Shown here: in pieces, positions 12,156-25,000 of the stretch
Position numbering within the stretch: position 1 is the stretch's first letter
Layout: every line of letters starts with the position of its first letter
Translations under genes and position numbers: made by a program
The notes under the pieces: model-generated
The model's input: only the letters and a program-made list of their open reading frames with translations
Databases searched by the model: none
Told to the model about the DNA's origin: nothing
Assembly: GCF_037042905.1 (NCBI RefSeq)
Contig: NC_087252.1
Span: forward strand, 20,152,001-20,216,000
Direction of reading: 5' to 3'
DNA length: 64,000 bases
Origin: Lytechinus pictus
Lineage: Eukaryota

Positions 12156-13433
12156 AACACAAGTTCACAAGGTTGACTGGAGGTTCATCAAATTTAATTG
12201 CAACTCTGAGTTTCACGCAACCTACGTGAGGTGCGATCTTCAGGCAACTGATAAAACTTTTCAATACCATTGAACAATGCATTTCGCGATCGCGCGAAGC
12301 GCGTTACACCAACCACCCCACTCCCCACACACGGAGGCCATCGTGACGATATTTGCTTTACACGGCGCTGTGATTTACATAAAATGGCATAGGCTTGATT
12401 TTCATTTTGTTAATCATTGTCAAGCTTGGGAAAAGTGTGAAGAAACAAGTATTGAATGAAAAATGAAATGTAAACCCACTTTAAATGATAAAAACTCAGT
12501 GAAAAAATGCTGGAGATAACTGAATCTAAACAAAAGTTTATATCAGACATGTCCTCAGATTAGCTAGCACAAAAAGGGTAAAGGTTGTGCTTACTAAGAG
12601 TTAAATCTTAATTTGGGTGGCAAAATTGTTACAAAATGCTTGAATGTGTCCGTTTTATTTCAATTGACTAAAAGTGCAAGGGAAATGTATGAGAAATGTT
12701 TTGCAGGGTAAGTTTGATTTAAGTGTAAACTTTTTTGATACGCACTGTATTTATATCTACTTTTTACATATATATATATATAGTGTGTGTATGTGTTAAC
12801 AATTTTCATAATGTTAAAATGCTATATATAAGTTTAGTAAACTCACATGTATCTATGAACACACACACGCAGACACACACACAAACACATATAATCTAGT
12901 CAAACTGTCGTCCTTAATTTACGAAAAAAAAATTATTAAACGACACCTTTAATCAATTCTATTCATCTTTTTTATTGCACTACTGATAAAAATATCATGT
13001 GTTGGTTTTTGAAATGGAAGTACCAATTAGATTAATCAATTTAATATTGAAATAAAGTATGCATTACAAAAATGAATATAAAAAAACGCTACAAAACAAA
13101 CTAATAAGACATTTTAAAAACAAAAATATCAAATCAAAAGAAAACAGATTTTAAATCAGTGATCTAAAAGGTGCTTTTATAAAAGCCAATGATGCTTAAG
13201 AAATTGGATGCTCCTATAAAAATACTTTTTTGGTATATACCTTTTTGTATTAAAGTCGGTAATTAACGAAAAATACTCCCCCCAAAAAAAATTACTCTTA
13301 CTCAACAAGATACTAGTATCTTGTTGAGTGAAATTCTCTCTTGATTTCTTAATAAGTGAACTTTTAAGGGAAGCATTAGAATTAAGTTCACTCTAAATTA
13401 ATTTCAAAATGAGGGGTCCTTGATATAGCCTAC

Positions 13434-14806
13434 CTGAGAATGTTCCTGCAATCGTTGCCCCCAATCCATAACAGAAACTAGAAAGAGCGAGGGCCATGTC
13501 ACAATTACTATCGTCAAAGACGGCATCCTCGATTGTGCTGCTGCAAAAGGCATCTTCGATGAAGAAGCAGAACCCTTGAATAAATGCTAAAGCAGCACGT
13601 GACTGGTAACCATAACTGTTGAAGTCCAGTGTGAAAAGCTTTGCATTAGTTCAGTAATTATATTTGCATCCGTATGATTTATTTTGTTCTCTTTTTCTTT
13701 CCTGTAATACATATAATTATGTACGCATATCAGAATAAGTCTACTATACTTTTTTCATTTCCAAGGGGGATCCACACTTTACAAGCTTTGCTTTTTAGTG
13801 GATCCCCCTCATTTCCATTTATGCTCTATATTATACTGTTTTTTCTGTTTTCTTTTTTTTTTTACGAAGTAAGAATGCCCTTCTGTAAAATTATACTTGA
13901 TTTGTATTACTTTATATTACTTTGTATTATGTTTTTTGAATGGAAATGAAATAAAAGAATTGAATTGAATTGAAAAAAATGATACGGCACAGATACAAGA
14001 TACCGGGATGTACACAGCAAAAGCATTGACTCTTTTATAGAGGAGGAGGATGAATACGGGACTCCCAAAAATGCCGCCGACACCACCGATTGTTGAGAGG
14101 TAGACAGCATTAGAAGATTGGATACCAAGTTGTTCAGAATGGGGAACCAAAAAAAAAATCCAATAATAAACAGTGTGAGATTCTATGACAAGGATCGGGG
14201 TGGAGAAAGGGTAGAGCGGCTCGTTTAACAATCCGCAAGATCGTTGGCAGGATTGAAAGACCCTTTATGATGAATTGTGGCTCCGCTGACATCTCCTGCT
14301 TATCAATACTAAACCTCTCAAACTGAATCAAACGCCTTCGCTCTGTCACTCCTTCACTTCCTTGTTCATCATCTGCTTTACCACAAAGCATTGTCTTACT
14401 TTGGGAGGATTCTGTTCCTGAGAAACACTTCCGGTCATCATTCTGTTCCTGTCATACCTTTAATTTGGAAAATCTTTGTTCCATTGCGTTGATAGTAACG
14501 CCTCCGAGAATCCGTAAGCTTGAAGTGATCTTCCAATATTTGTTTGCTCTTTCAAGTCTAACAACACTGTCGGTTCTTAAAAATGGTGTGAAAGATAACA
14601 AAACCCATCTTACATAGTAGATGAGTAATCGCTGATGGCATACTGCATATCAACCCAACAGTAGCGTAACAAGAGTCGAGACGTTCGGCCATGGTCGGAA
14701 TAAGAACTCCGAAATATTTTGCCATCCCGGTATCCATAAAGAGCAACACAAATTTGCTTAGAACGATCACATAACCCCATTAGAACATTCAGGTTGCCAC
14801 AGCCAT
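13434..14806 (-). pseudogene. SLC16/monocarboxylate-transporter-like (MFS) pseudogene
   Basis: MAVAT*MF*WGYVIVLSKFVLLFMDTGMAKYFGVLIP (MCT TM1-like, two in-frame stops), LRILGGVTIN (TM6-like), LVPHSEQLGIQSSNAVYLSTIGGVGGIFG (TM8-like), MALALSSFCYGLGATIAGTFSG (TM11-like); pieces lie in different frames; donors after 14614 and 13434. Confidence 0.75.
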
Positions 14807-15054
14807 TTTATTAGTTGGAATTTAGTCCAAGGTAATAGGCCTATGACGAAATAAGGAACCAAAACTGCCACTTCGCAATGTTCGCATTATTATGTACAGC
14901 AATATCAAGAAATACAGAGTGGGTCAGAAAAATATGTCCCATTAGTTTGAAGTGGTCTTGTCTAAAGTATGAATTTTTAATGATAGATTTATTGATATGT
15001 CCTGATATAATTTTGATGCTATTTTCAAACGGAATGGTATTCATGACTGACTAA

Positions 15055-15195
15055 TACCTCGGTCACATTCGCTATACGCCGAGTCGAAAACCGCCGTTTT
15101 AACATTTTTTTTGGGTACCAGGTATAGGTGGTTTGAATAAAAATGAATAAAATGGCTGTTTCCGACTCGCCGTAGAGCAAATGTGACCAAGATAT
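15055..15195. mobile_element. Short palindromic MITE
   Basis: ctcggtcacattcgctatacg...gagtcgaaaac pairs with gtttccgactc...cgtagagcaaatgtgaccaag. Confidence 0.6.
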
Positions 15196-16923
15196 AATAC
15201 GGAAGGTCGGTCGTTAAATCTCAGTTGGGCCGAGATGCTAGGTGAAGAATCAAACAAAGTCTGAAAAGGATAATTGTGTGCACACTAAAAGACACCTACC
15301 CATTGTTCACCCACACACCTCTTTTCTTGGCCACACACACATCCACCCACCGTCACCAAAACACGCGCTTCTTAAAAAAAACGTCATAAACCCCTCATTA
15401 AGTAGTGATTACAATTCCTCATATTCGTATCTGATTGATCATGTCCTGAGCAAAAGTGGCACTCTATTCCACTGTTTATCTTCAAAATTGTTTGCCTGAT
15501 TTAGAAACACGTATGTTTGGCCCTTCACAAATGTGTGGATATCTGAGGGTGTGTGGGTGGTGGTGAGTGTGGGACGGGTGATTTGTTGTTTATGTGTGGG
15601 TCTCTGTAGGGGTGAGTTTGGTGGAATATGTGGGTGTGTCTGTGTGTGGAATGCCGGCTAGGTGTCGGTATCTATCTGCATGCGCGCACCTTTTTTCATT
15701 CTTCAACTAGTGACTTGGCGCAACTAAGATTTTACGACCTTCTGGAGATTGCTTCGTAGTCAGTCATGCAGGCAAAGATCAGTATGAATATGGTATCAAA
15801 ATGAGAGTGGGAATAACTCTATATCAATAAATGTTCATAGACTTTATACAACGCCAATCTGATGGGATATGTTTTCTGACTCACTCTGTACTTCAACTTG
15901 GCAATCGTGCTATTCGCCCAGGCATGCCATATTCATGCTACAGTTCAATAGTTCATTGTGAAAGAACGAAGGTAAGCTTCTTTAAATTTCATTTATAAAT
16001 AAATTTACGCGGTCACATATCTAAAAGGTCGGACGGGTAGTAAACGTTCTCCCACCTATAGGCCGCGAGAAAACGAAGTTATGACTCTTGCAGGGTTATT
16101 TCGTGTTAGCTTTGATTGTGAGCACTGCAAAACGTAGTCTCAAACAGCTTTGAATTATGTGATAATCGCTCTCTCTTTATTCTTTTGAATATGAATCATT
16201 TTGAAGAAAATATAAATCCGCCATTTTGGGGGATTTTAAAACACTTGTGGTTAGGATCTGGCAGAAACTGATGCGTAATTATGTACAAATTCACCTCTTG
16301 AAACTGCAAGTCTTTTTGTCTCTGATCCGTGTGTGGAAATGGTAAGAGCTATCATTTGTCTCAAACGGCATGAATTCTGTGATATTTCCTCTTTTCAGTC
16401 ATATGAGTTTAAATAATTTCTGAAAAAATATAAATCTGTCATTTTTTACATAAATATAATAATAATAATAATAATAGATGGATTTAGAAAGCGCTTTTTG
16501 CCAGAGGATACAAAGCGCTGCTATCATTACCCCGGCTTTAGCTCGAGCTACCATCACCAGCGCTCAGTGCATGCAAGGAATTACTCCTGCCGGGTACCCA
16601 TTAACCTCACCTTGGTCGAGTGCAGCACAGTATGGATACATTTCTTGCTGGAGGAAAATACGTCATGGCTACGATTCGAACCCACGACCCTCTGTTTCAA
16701 AGCACATTATAGCACATTATTCGAAAGAGAAGGGTGAGTGGAAACGGAGGAGAAAATGGCCATGAGAAAAATAGAAGTGGATAGCGGTAATGAGAGAAAG
16801 GTCGAAAGAGTTGAATATTCATCAAATAATTACAATGGCGCAGATGTAGAACCACAATGATGTAACTAATGTACTTACTTTACCGAGTCTATCGCCTTTA
16901 TGGGACAAATGGCTAACCATATA

Positions 16924-17133
16924 CACTCTAAAAACAAATCAGTCATAAATGACTAGGTAATAGGGTCAGCTGGGTGCAACTGTTATTCTAGTCATATTTG
17001 ACTATTTTCTAGTCAAATTTTACTAGAACAGAGTTATTTCTGACTAGAATATATGTCAGAAATGTGAATATCAGTGATCGCCATATCAGCTGACTACTGG
17101 TCTAGTCAATTTGACTGATTTGTTTTAAGAGTG
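16924..17133. mobile_element. CACTCTAAAA-type MITE
   Basis: cactctaaaaacaaatcagtca / tgactgatttgttttaagagtg TIRs; TA flanks. Confidence 0.75.
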
Positions 17134-18439
17134 TATATGTCCGATATTAAAAAAAATCAATTTCGATTAACTAATTTTTTTTCGGCGAAGAACTATCCTT
17201 TTTTGATTTCTATAAACTTAGGTATTTGTCGGCGAAGAACTAATATTTTTTCGGTTACGATTAACTAAGTTTTCCGATGATAAACCCGGAATAAAAACGA
17301 AACCAGTGTATATCGACAAGAAACTTATATTATCGCCTTTATCATGCTTATTTGACACAAATGGCTCTCCGTTCCGAGTCAATGTCGAACGACTTCTGGG
17401 GATTCCCCGCTGACAGTTGATGTACATGATGAAATGAATTCCCATGGAATATCGTAGTTGGTACGTAATTATGGAGACTTATTGATCTAGAGTAAGCGCA
17501 TTTCTGCGACGATTGAACGCAGGCTACCATCCACTATCTAAATTTAGAGGAAAATCATGTCTCATCCATAAGTACAAGGAATCATTATCGTGTGAGTCGG
17601 TAAGTTGCGATTCCTAAAGTAGGCATCATCGTTCGCTTGAAATTGAAACTTAGATATAAATACTTATAAAGATGCCAATTTGTTACATGTTTTACGTATG
17701 CAAATCGGAAGGAGATATCACATTACACTGCAGTAGTATGCACATTGCAACAGGCGACATGCTACATGTTAGGGTTCTTTTATTCAGAGGATTGAATAAT
17801 CCTCATATTTAACTAAATTGGCGTTAACATGAACAGATGCTCCTGATATTCACAACCGATTGTGATTTTTTTAGTAACCTGCAGGGATGGATCTAGGATT
17901 TACCAAAAGTGGGGGCGTTTGTGTACAGGAAAAGTTTGACAAGCTAATAAAATGGTTTTCATTACCAATCGAGGTCATTTTGTTCCAGAAAAAATGGACA
18001 TGCCCAAACAAAAAAAGTTCACTACCAAATCAGTCCTTACTTATTCCCCTAAAAAGTCTGTGCCATCGTAATAAACATAATTAGTATAATGACCTAATAT
18101 GCATGAGAGTAATTTTATGCGTATTTGAGAATGTCTATCAAGAACCCCTCCCCCCTAAAAAAACATTTATAATACAACCCTTCTAGGATTTTCAATGGCG
18201 AGGAATTAATTCATGACACTAGTTTTCAATATTAACCAATGTAATCTTTGTGATTAGCATAATTGGCATATAAAACCCAGTAGCGATTCTCCCTATGTGA
18301 GGTTCTTATTTTTTTCTTGATTTATTTTATTTTGTTTTTGTTTTTTGTTTGCTTTGTGTGTGTGTGTGTGTGTGTTTTTTTCTTTCTCATTTTCCTACTT
18401 CTTATTCATTGTTTATCAAGGGAGTGGGGTGGGGGGCTG

Positions 18440-19512
18440 CAGGCGCGGATCCAGGAGGGGGCCGAGCCGGCCCCGGCCCCCCCTATTTTTTGACAACCTG
18501 CAGAAAAAAAGTTTAACTTGATAGAAACTATGAAAAACAGAAAGAAAAGTAAGAAAGAGGTATCATATCCATGATGTGTAATTTACAGCCTCGTAACGGC
18601 CGGCCCGACCCCGAAAGGAAACCCCCCAAAAAAGTGAGGGGAAAAATTGGAAAATAGACTTTATATACAAATTTTCGCTCGCGCTACGCGCTCGCATTTC
18701 CTGTGTAATGAATCCCATTCAAGAGAATTAAATGGCACTTATATATCCAGTTCTGAAATCAATTTGCACACCATATTTTAGCTCGCACATCAAGTTTTCA
18801 TTATTTTGTTTGACAAATTGTCTATATATATCAAAATTTTCAGCTCGAGCGGCGCGCTCGCATTGTTTGATTTGTGAGTTACCTATCCTCTTTGGATATT
18901 CTTACCAAAATTTGTCAAAATGCTCCTTTATCATGTCAGTATATCAAAAAATTAAGCTCGTGCTTCGTGCTCGCATTATTGTTTGACACACACAGCTTGT
19001 TCTTTATTTGAATAAAAACGCGCTTAGACTGTTCAGTTTTCAGGTCGGAATATCATAATATTAAGCTCGCGCTTCGCACTCTCATTATTTGACTGGTGAT
19101 ACTTGTATCCTCTTCATTAATCACTAAAAAACAGTCCTAATTTAGTCCCTTTTTCACGTTACTAGATAGAATTGTGGCTCGCGCTTCGCGCTCGCATTGT
19201 TTAGTTGGATACTTATCTTTTTTTTTCATGATTATAAAATCTCCTCAGAATCTTCAAGTCTAAGGACATAAAATATCAAAGAATTTGAGCTAGCGCTTCG
19301 CGCTCGCATGATATATTAAGACCACATGAGATACCTTATCTTGTTTATAACAATGAAAACTAACATATACTTAAAAGTTCAGTCTTCAGTTAGGACTACC
19401 CCCCGAAAAACCAACAAAAAAGTCAGATTATAGAGGCCAATCGAGAAAAAAGTTGATGAATTTTTTTTTTCGCCCCCCCCCCCCCCTTTGGCGAAAGCTG
19501 GATCCGCCCCTG
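18440..19512. mobile_element. hAT-like non-autonomous element with internal ~80-bp subrepeats (GCTCGCGCTTCGCGCTCGCA motif)
   Basis: TIR caggcgcggatccag / ctggatccgcccctg; relatives at ~11460-12070, 38735-39950, 40740-41740 and 42340-43065. Confidence 0.75.
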
Positions 19513-21977
19513 GGCTGGGTGGGGAAGCGTGGCTGAGTGTGTATTTTATTTTATTTTTTTATTATAACTTCGTCAAATTCGTAAAGGAAAACAAATGTTC
19601 AACTTGAGATTTATTTGTAGATTATGAGTATGTTTGTGTTTTCTAATATTCAGAGATATTTCTAGAGCATGTGGAAGATTTTATTCTGAATTACTATTCT
19701 GATTATAAATTGTAAAAGATATATGTACAATTGATTCTAAGTTTACTGTTGAAATAATGAATTTAAATTGTTTATGTATGTATTATGATTCAACTATGTT
19801 AATGATTTCACGTTATTCATTATCTTCATATGTTATACATGTATATTAGTGAGAAGAAATTTAAGATGATTTTTAAAACATCAAAAAATGAATAAACCGC
19901 CAATTAACATGTACACGTACGTGCAATTCTCTGATGAGGATTTTTCGAATGACGCTAAATTTCCAATTAAACATGTTTAATCAATGACTATATCGTGATT
20001 AGAAAATAGCAGAATGCACTAAGTAATAATTAGGTGTAATTATATATCCTTTGTCATTTTATATCGAGAAAGTCAGAAAACATGCCTTGAATAATACAGT
20101 ACGAGGAATTATTTTATGACATTATTTTATTGCATTACTTAAATAAAATGAAAACTATTGTCATGAATGGATTCCTCGTCACAGGAACCATCAGAAAAAA
20201 AAGGTATTGTTTATGTTTTCAGAATTTAAGACTAGTAGCTATTACTGTATGCTAATTAGATGATTATGATGATTACGCTAATTGAGATAACATTTAAGAA
20301 AATTGCTCAAGGATGCCAAGGTGGCAATCAAGCTGAATTTACTTCAATACTCATCTAGAACATGACTCGACCAAAAGAATGTACTTAACAACTTTTCCAA
20401 GTCTACGTGGCCTATGAGACCGTCTACCGTTCAAAGGTGCGTACATTATAATATGAATGTTTCAGTGTGGCGTACATTCAAGCAGCGAATCTATTATACC
20501 GGGTGAATAACCCGTTGCAGCACCCCACTTGAATACAGTGCGTGGCGTCAGGTATTTACACGGGTAAAATTGTGGTTGCCCTACAAAGAACAGAACACAC
20601 CGAGGCATGGCGAAACGCAGACAAAGAAAAAAGGGAACAAAAGAACAAAATGTGGAGGTAAAAAAGAGGGACTACAATTTCAATCATTTTATTAAAAGCC
20701 ACGTTTGATGCCGGAGGGATGAACTGTTTCAGGCATATTTCAATTTCATTTCGAGCTTTTTTTTACTGTCACGATTGCAAAAAGGGCTTGGAATGCTTTC
20801 AGGTCGGAATAGCAAATAGGTCTAAGCTTGCGCTTCGCGCTTGCATCAATAGATTAGTGACAATATCCTCTTCATGATGTCACTGAAAGCAGTCCTTACT
20901 TGTTGTATTTCACGTCTGAATAGTTAAAAAAAATGAAGTTCACCCTCCTTGATCGTATAACTAACTCTCTATGGAAGGTTGAATTGAATAAAAAAGAGAA
21001 ATATTCAACAAGCTTAATTATGATGTCATCTAAAGTAAGAAAGGCGGTTTTGGAAGTAAACTTCAGCTTTAATTTAAAAAATAACAGGTACATGCCCATC
21101 CTGGTGGTATGCTAATAAGGAAACTAATGACGACGCCCACTCTCCATTTATTTTCATGTTATCGTACAGGTTACATGAAATATGAAATATTTAGATTTTC
21201 TCCTCATTATAATTAAAATGTGAAACAATGTTTTATTCCTCCCTGAACACGTGGAATTGTCATTGTAACCTTTATTGTTTTGATGTAGGGTATCGTAATT
21301 TTCACGTGAAAATTGAATATTGTATTCATATAATAAGATAAATGAGTGATAACACCGAGTCTCTCACTTACATCTCACTGTGTTGTACATGAAACTATTT
21401 TGTAAAAAAAAAAGAGCGAAATTTTGAAATGTCATAACTTTTTAATTATTATTTTACCTCAGATTTCATTTTTTTTTATCAGGTTGATACTAGTATGATA
21501 TTTTTTTCTCAAAACAATGTTTTTTTTGGGGTAGGACTTGACCTCTAAATAAGCTTTTAAATATTCGGTTTTCTGGTTGGAATGTCAAAATTTACCGGTT
21601 CGCACTTCGCGCTAGAATCATTTGTTTAATTAGATACCTATCCTGTTCATGATTACAAAAAGTGCGTAGACTATTCCGTGTTCAGGTCGTAAAGAAAAAA
21701 AAATCAGTTACTTTTATTGACGCATGTTCGATTTTTGCCTAGAGAGATTTGAGGCAAGACTCTGAATTAATGCAAGTCCGAGTTTTGTAGTCTGCTTCAA
21801 AGCCTCCGAAGCCGCCCTATCGCGTCGGGTGTCAAACTACCAACGGAAAAATTCGCTGCCCGGACCTGAAGGCCAAACTGGATTGCTTTTTTTTACCAGG
21901 ATTATATTTGTTATAATGGCAAAACCTCTTAATTTCACACTTTAATTTTACAATTTTCCCTACAGATTTCAAGAAAA

Positions 21978-22065
21978 ATGGCTGTGCGGAGCATTGCAAG
22001 TTTAGAGATCTACGCTTTCATCGCATTTATGACAACAATGATCATGGTGGTCGCCACAGAGAATG
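21978..22065 (+). CDS. Receptor c1: signal peptide MAVRSIASLEIYAFIAFMTTMIMVVATEN
   Basis: AAAATGG start 12 nt after a tttccctacag acceptor; G|gtaag donor. Confidence 0.75.
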
Positions 22066-25000
22066 GTAAGACAACACATATTGCCTAGAAGATATCCTGA
22101 TGGTCTAGACAAAATTGTATATTATTCAAGTAATCAGTGATAAGGCATATCATTACTCTACCTATTATTTAGACAATACTACACTAAGTTCTGATTCTTC
22201 CACCAGATACCTGGGACTGATCATCTCTTCCGATCTCTCCTGGAAAACCCACATTGACTCAGTTTTATCACGTGCTAATCATCTATTGGGATTCATAATA
22301 CTCTGCGTCCTCCATATTCTGTTTATACAATTTAATAGTATTACCCATCTTAGAGTGTGGTATGCCTGTATGGCATCCCACAACCTCAAAACAGGTGGAT
22401 AAACTTGAGCGTGTTCAGAGGACAGCCACTAAACTTGCACTAAAACAGAGTCGTGGGAAGATGTCCTACGAAGATAGGCTTAAACTTCTTGACTGGTCCT
22501 CACTTGCCTCCTAACGAGATAACCTCCTATGTTCCTTTGCATTTTAGTTTCTTCATGGAATTTGCAACTGTGAAGAGCTCAGTGCAAATACATGTATCTA
22601 TATCAACCCCGCCATCCTGAAACACTTTCTTTCCGCCATCTGCCCTCCAAAACTCATGGGTTTTTTTCTGTTCACCCTCTACCTTCCTTCCAAGAATTTG
22701 GGACACTCTTCCTTTAAGTGCAAGAGATAATGCTGTTTCAACTTCCCCCTATTCTTTTTTTTCTCTTCTTTAAAGGGAGCACTCCTGTCCAACTCGTAAA
22801 TACCTTCATTTATCTTTCCATTTTTGTTTTACCTTGTTTTTCATCCCCTAATTATTTGTGGTATGATTTCTATAATGACATTTTTTAAAGAATTAATTTT
22901 GTATGGTGCAATATACGGAGCATGAATCCCTTCCCCCTCTTTTTAGCTGGGCTGTACCTCCAGAACATCTGTACCAAATTTCAAACATTTGCCATTGCAC
23001 TTTTCAATATGCCCGCCATATTTCATGTACTTTGCATATTTCATTTTAAGATGTGCATCCAACAATTGTGTTTCCTGTATGCTAATTTGATCCAATTATC
23101 TATCAGTAAACATTTGTTACGTAACTAGATTTTATCTTTTTATCTAATTGATACTCAAAAATAATGTTTAATAGTAGTACATGTTGTATGAGTTGTTATG
23201 ACCGTCTCGGTACAGTTTAAGTTTATTTGTTTATTTTTTTTAAAGTCTTTCTTTTATCACAACTGATGGGGGCACATAAGAATCTAAATATCATTACTAT
23301 TCTTTGTCTTTCATCGAAGGGGGCGAGGTTTCCTGTAATTGTGTTATATGTTGGGTGTTGGAGCCTTGTGAGTAAACATTTAAGAATGTGGAGGCATGCT
23401 AATGCTGTTATCTAGCCCATTTCTCCTAAGCTTCCTCGTTGCTTTTCAGGCTCCAGTACCTTACACAAAGTTCATGCTATGTTTGTTTAGCATTACACAT
23501 ATCCTTTAAAGTCAGTCCGGCATGGGTATATACACTGTAAAAAATGAAGTGCTAATTCAGCACTTACAGTGCTTATATAGTGACTGCACTACGAGTGCTG
23601 ATTTTCTAGTTCAAATTTAAGCTAGAAAATTATCACTCGTAGTGCAGTCACTATTCATGCACTGAAAGTGCTAAATTAGCACTTCATTTTTTACAGTGTA
23701 ATTCCCCCTCTTTTATTTTGCCTGGCGTTACACATTTGTCAATAATGTTTGTATAAATATGTTTTCATTGAAATTTAATTACATGTTATTGTATATATAC
23801 CGGAAATTAAAATACTTTCTCAATGGATTTTCTGTGAGGGCTCGCATGCCTCTGGGCAATAGTACTCTGAATTTTACTTTTGTGATCCCTGGCCCATGGA
23901 AAAACAAATCTTACTCTCTTTCTTCTTTTCCTTATTTATGTTGAATTATTAAAATTCAGATTGTATTTTGGTCTTTACATTGTAAAATTTGGTGTGTTTT
24001 TATGGCCAAACGAATAATAATAAGAAGACTATAATAGAATGGCGTAAACGTATTTGATGGAGTGAAATACTCGAGTATACTGTAGGTTAGGCATGGATCA
24101 CATTGAAATTGTCATACAATTTTTATTTAATAAAACAAGCAAAAAACGTATATTGCTTGTTTTTTCACGACGGAGTCAAACCTAGATAAAACCTCGGTCA
24201 AACATGATCATATACAATCGTCGCGTCGTAATTTTTTTTCTTCAAAAATGTGTAGATTTTATTTGAGTTTTATAAAGATTTCGTTCCATACCCAACTCAA
24301 AATTTGTGGCTCATTATGTACTCTGCTTTCAATTTGAATAATTTAATTTTTACTGTGCGCAATGTGAGGTACCTATGGCATTCACAATAGACAAAGTGGA
24401 TAATAACAATGATTAAAAAGAGAACCGATATTCAAAACCATTCTCGGTTTATCTGTCGGTTTGCAACACAATTCAAGTTTAGATTTAAGTCGAGGGTAAA
24501 GTTAGTTTTAAGAATTGTTTTCTGGTGGGAAAATAGCCAGGTTCATATGTTTTGTTTGATTTTTTTTTTATAGATATTCCTGTGGGTGAGGTACTCATGG
24601 ATGACAGGCCTGTCATTCTACGAGGATATGACGGGATACTGCAATGTCGAGTTAGAGGTGAACCATTGGCTGTCTTCTGGGAAAAGGGTAAGGGCAGTGG
24701 TACTGTCTTTGAATGATTGTTTGATTGCATTTAATGCTCTTTCAATTTAACTTCATCAAAATTTATAATGTAAAGCTAAATATAAAACATAGCAATGGAA
24801 AAGGGGAGCCCATTGAAAAGCGAGGAACTGATTAAAATATATATTTCTTCCATGAAATTCAAATCGTGATTAACAGAGTTCAACAGAGTAATGAAAATAA
24901 TACTATTTAGGTCAAACGTTTTATATAACACTAAATTTCAAATAATCCTAGTATTGTCATATCAGTCTTGTAGGGTCGCTGACGACATGAAACATCAGTT

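Noticed and set aside
11895..12282. Overlapping ORFs with YIYI and poly-G/P tracts
   Set aside because: Microsatellite and MITE-end translations
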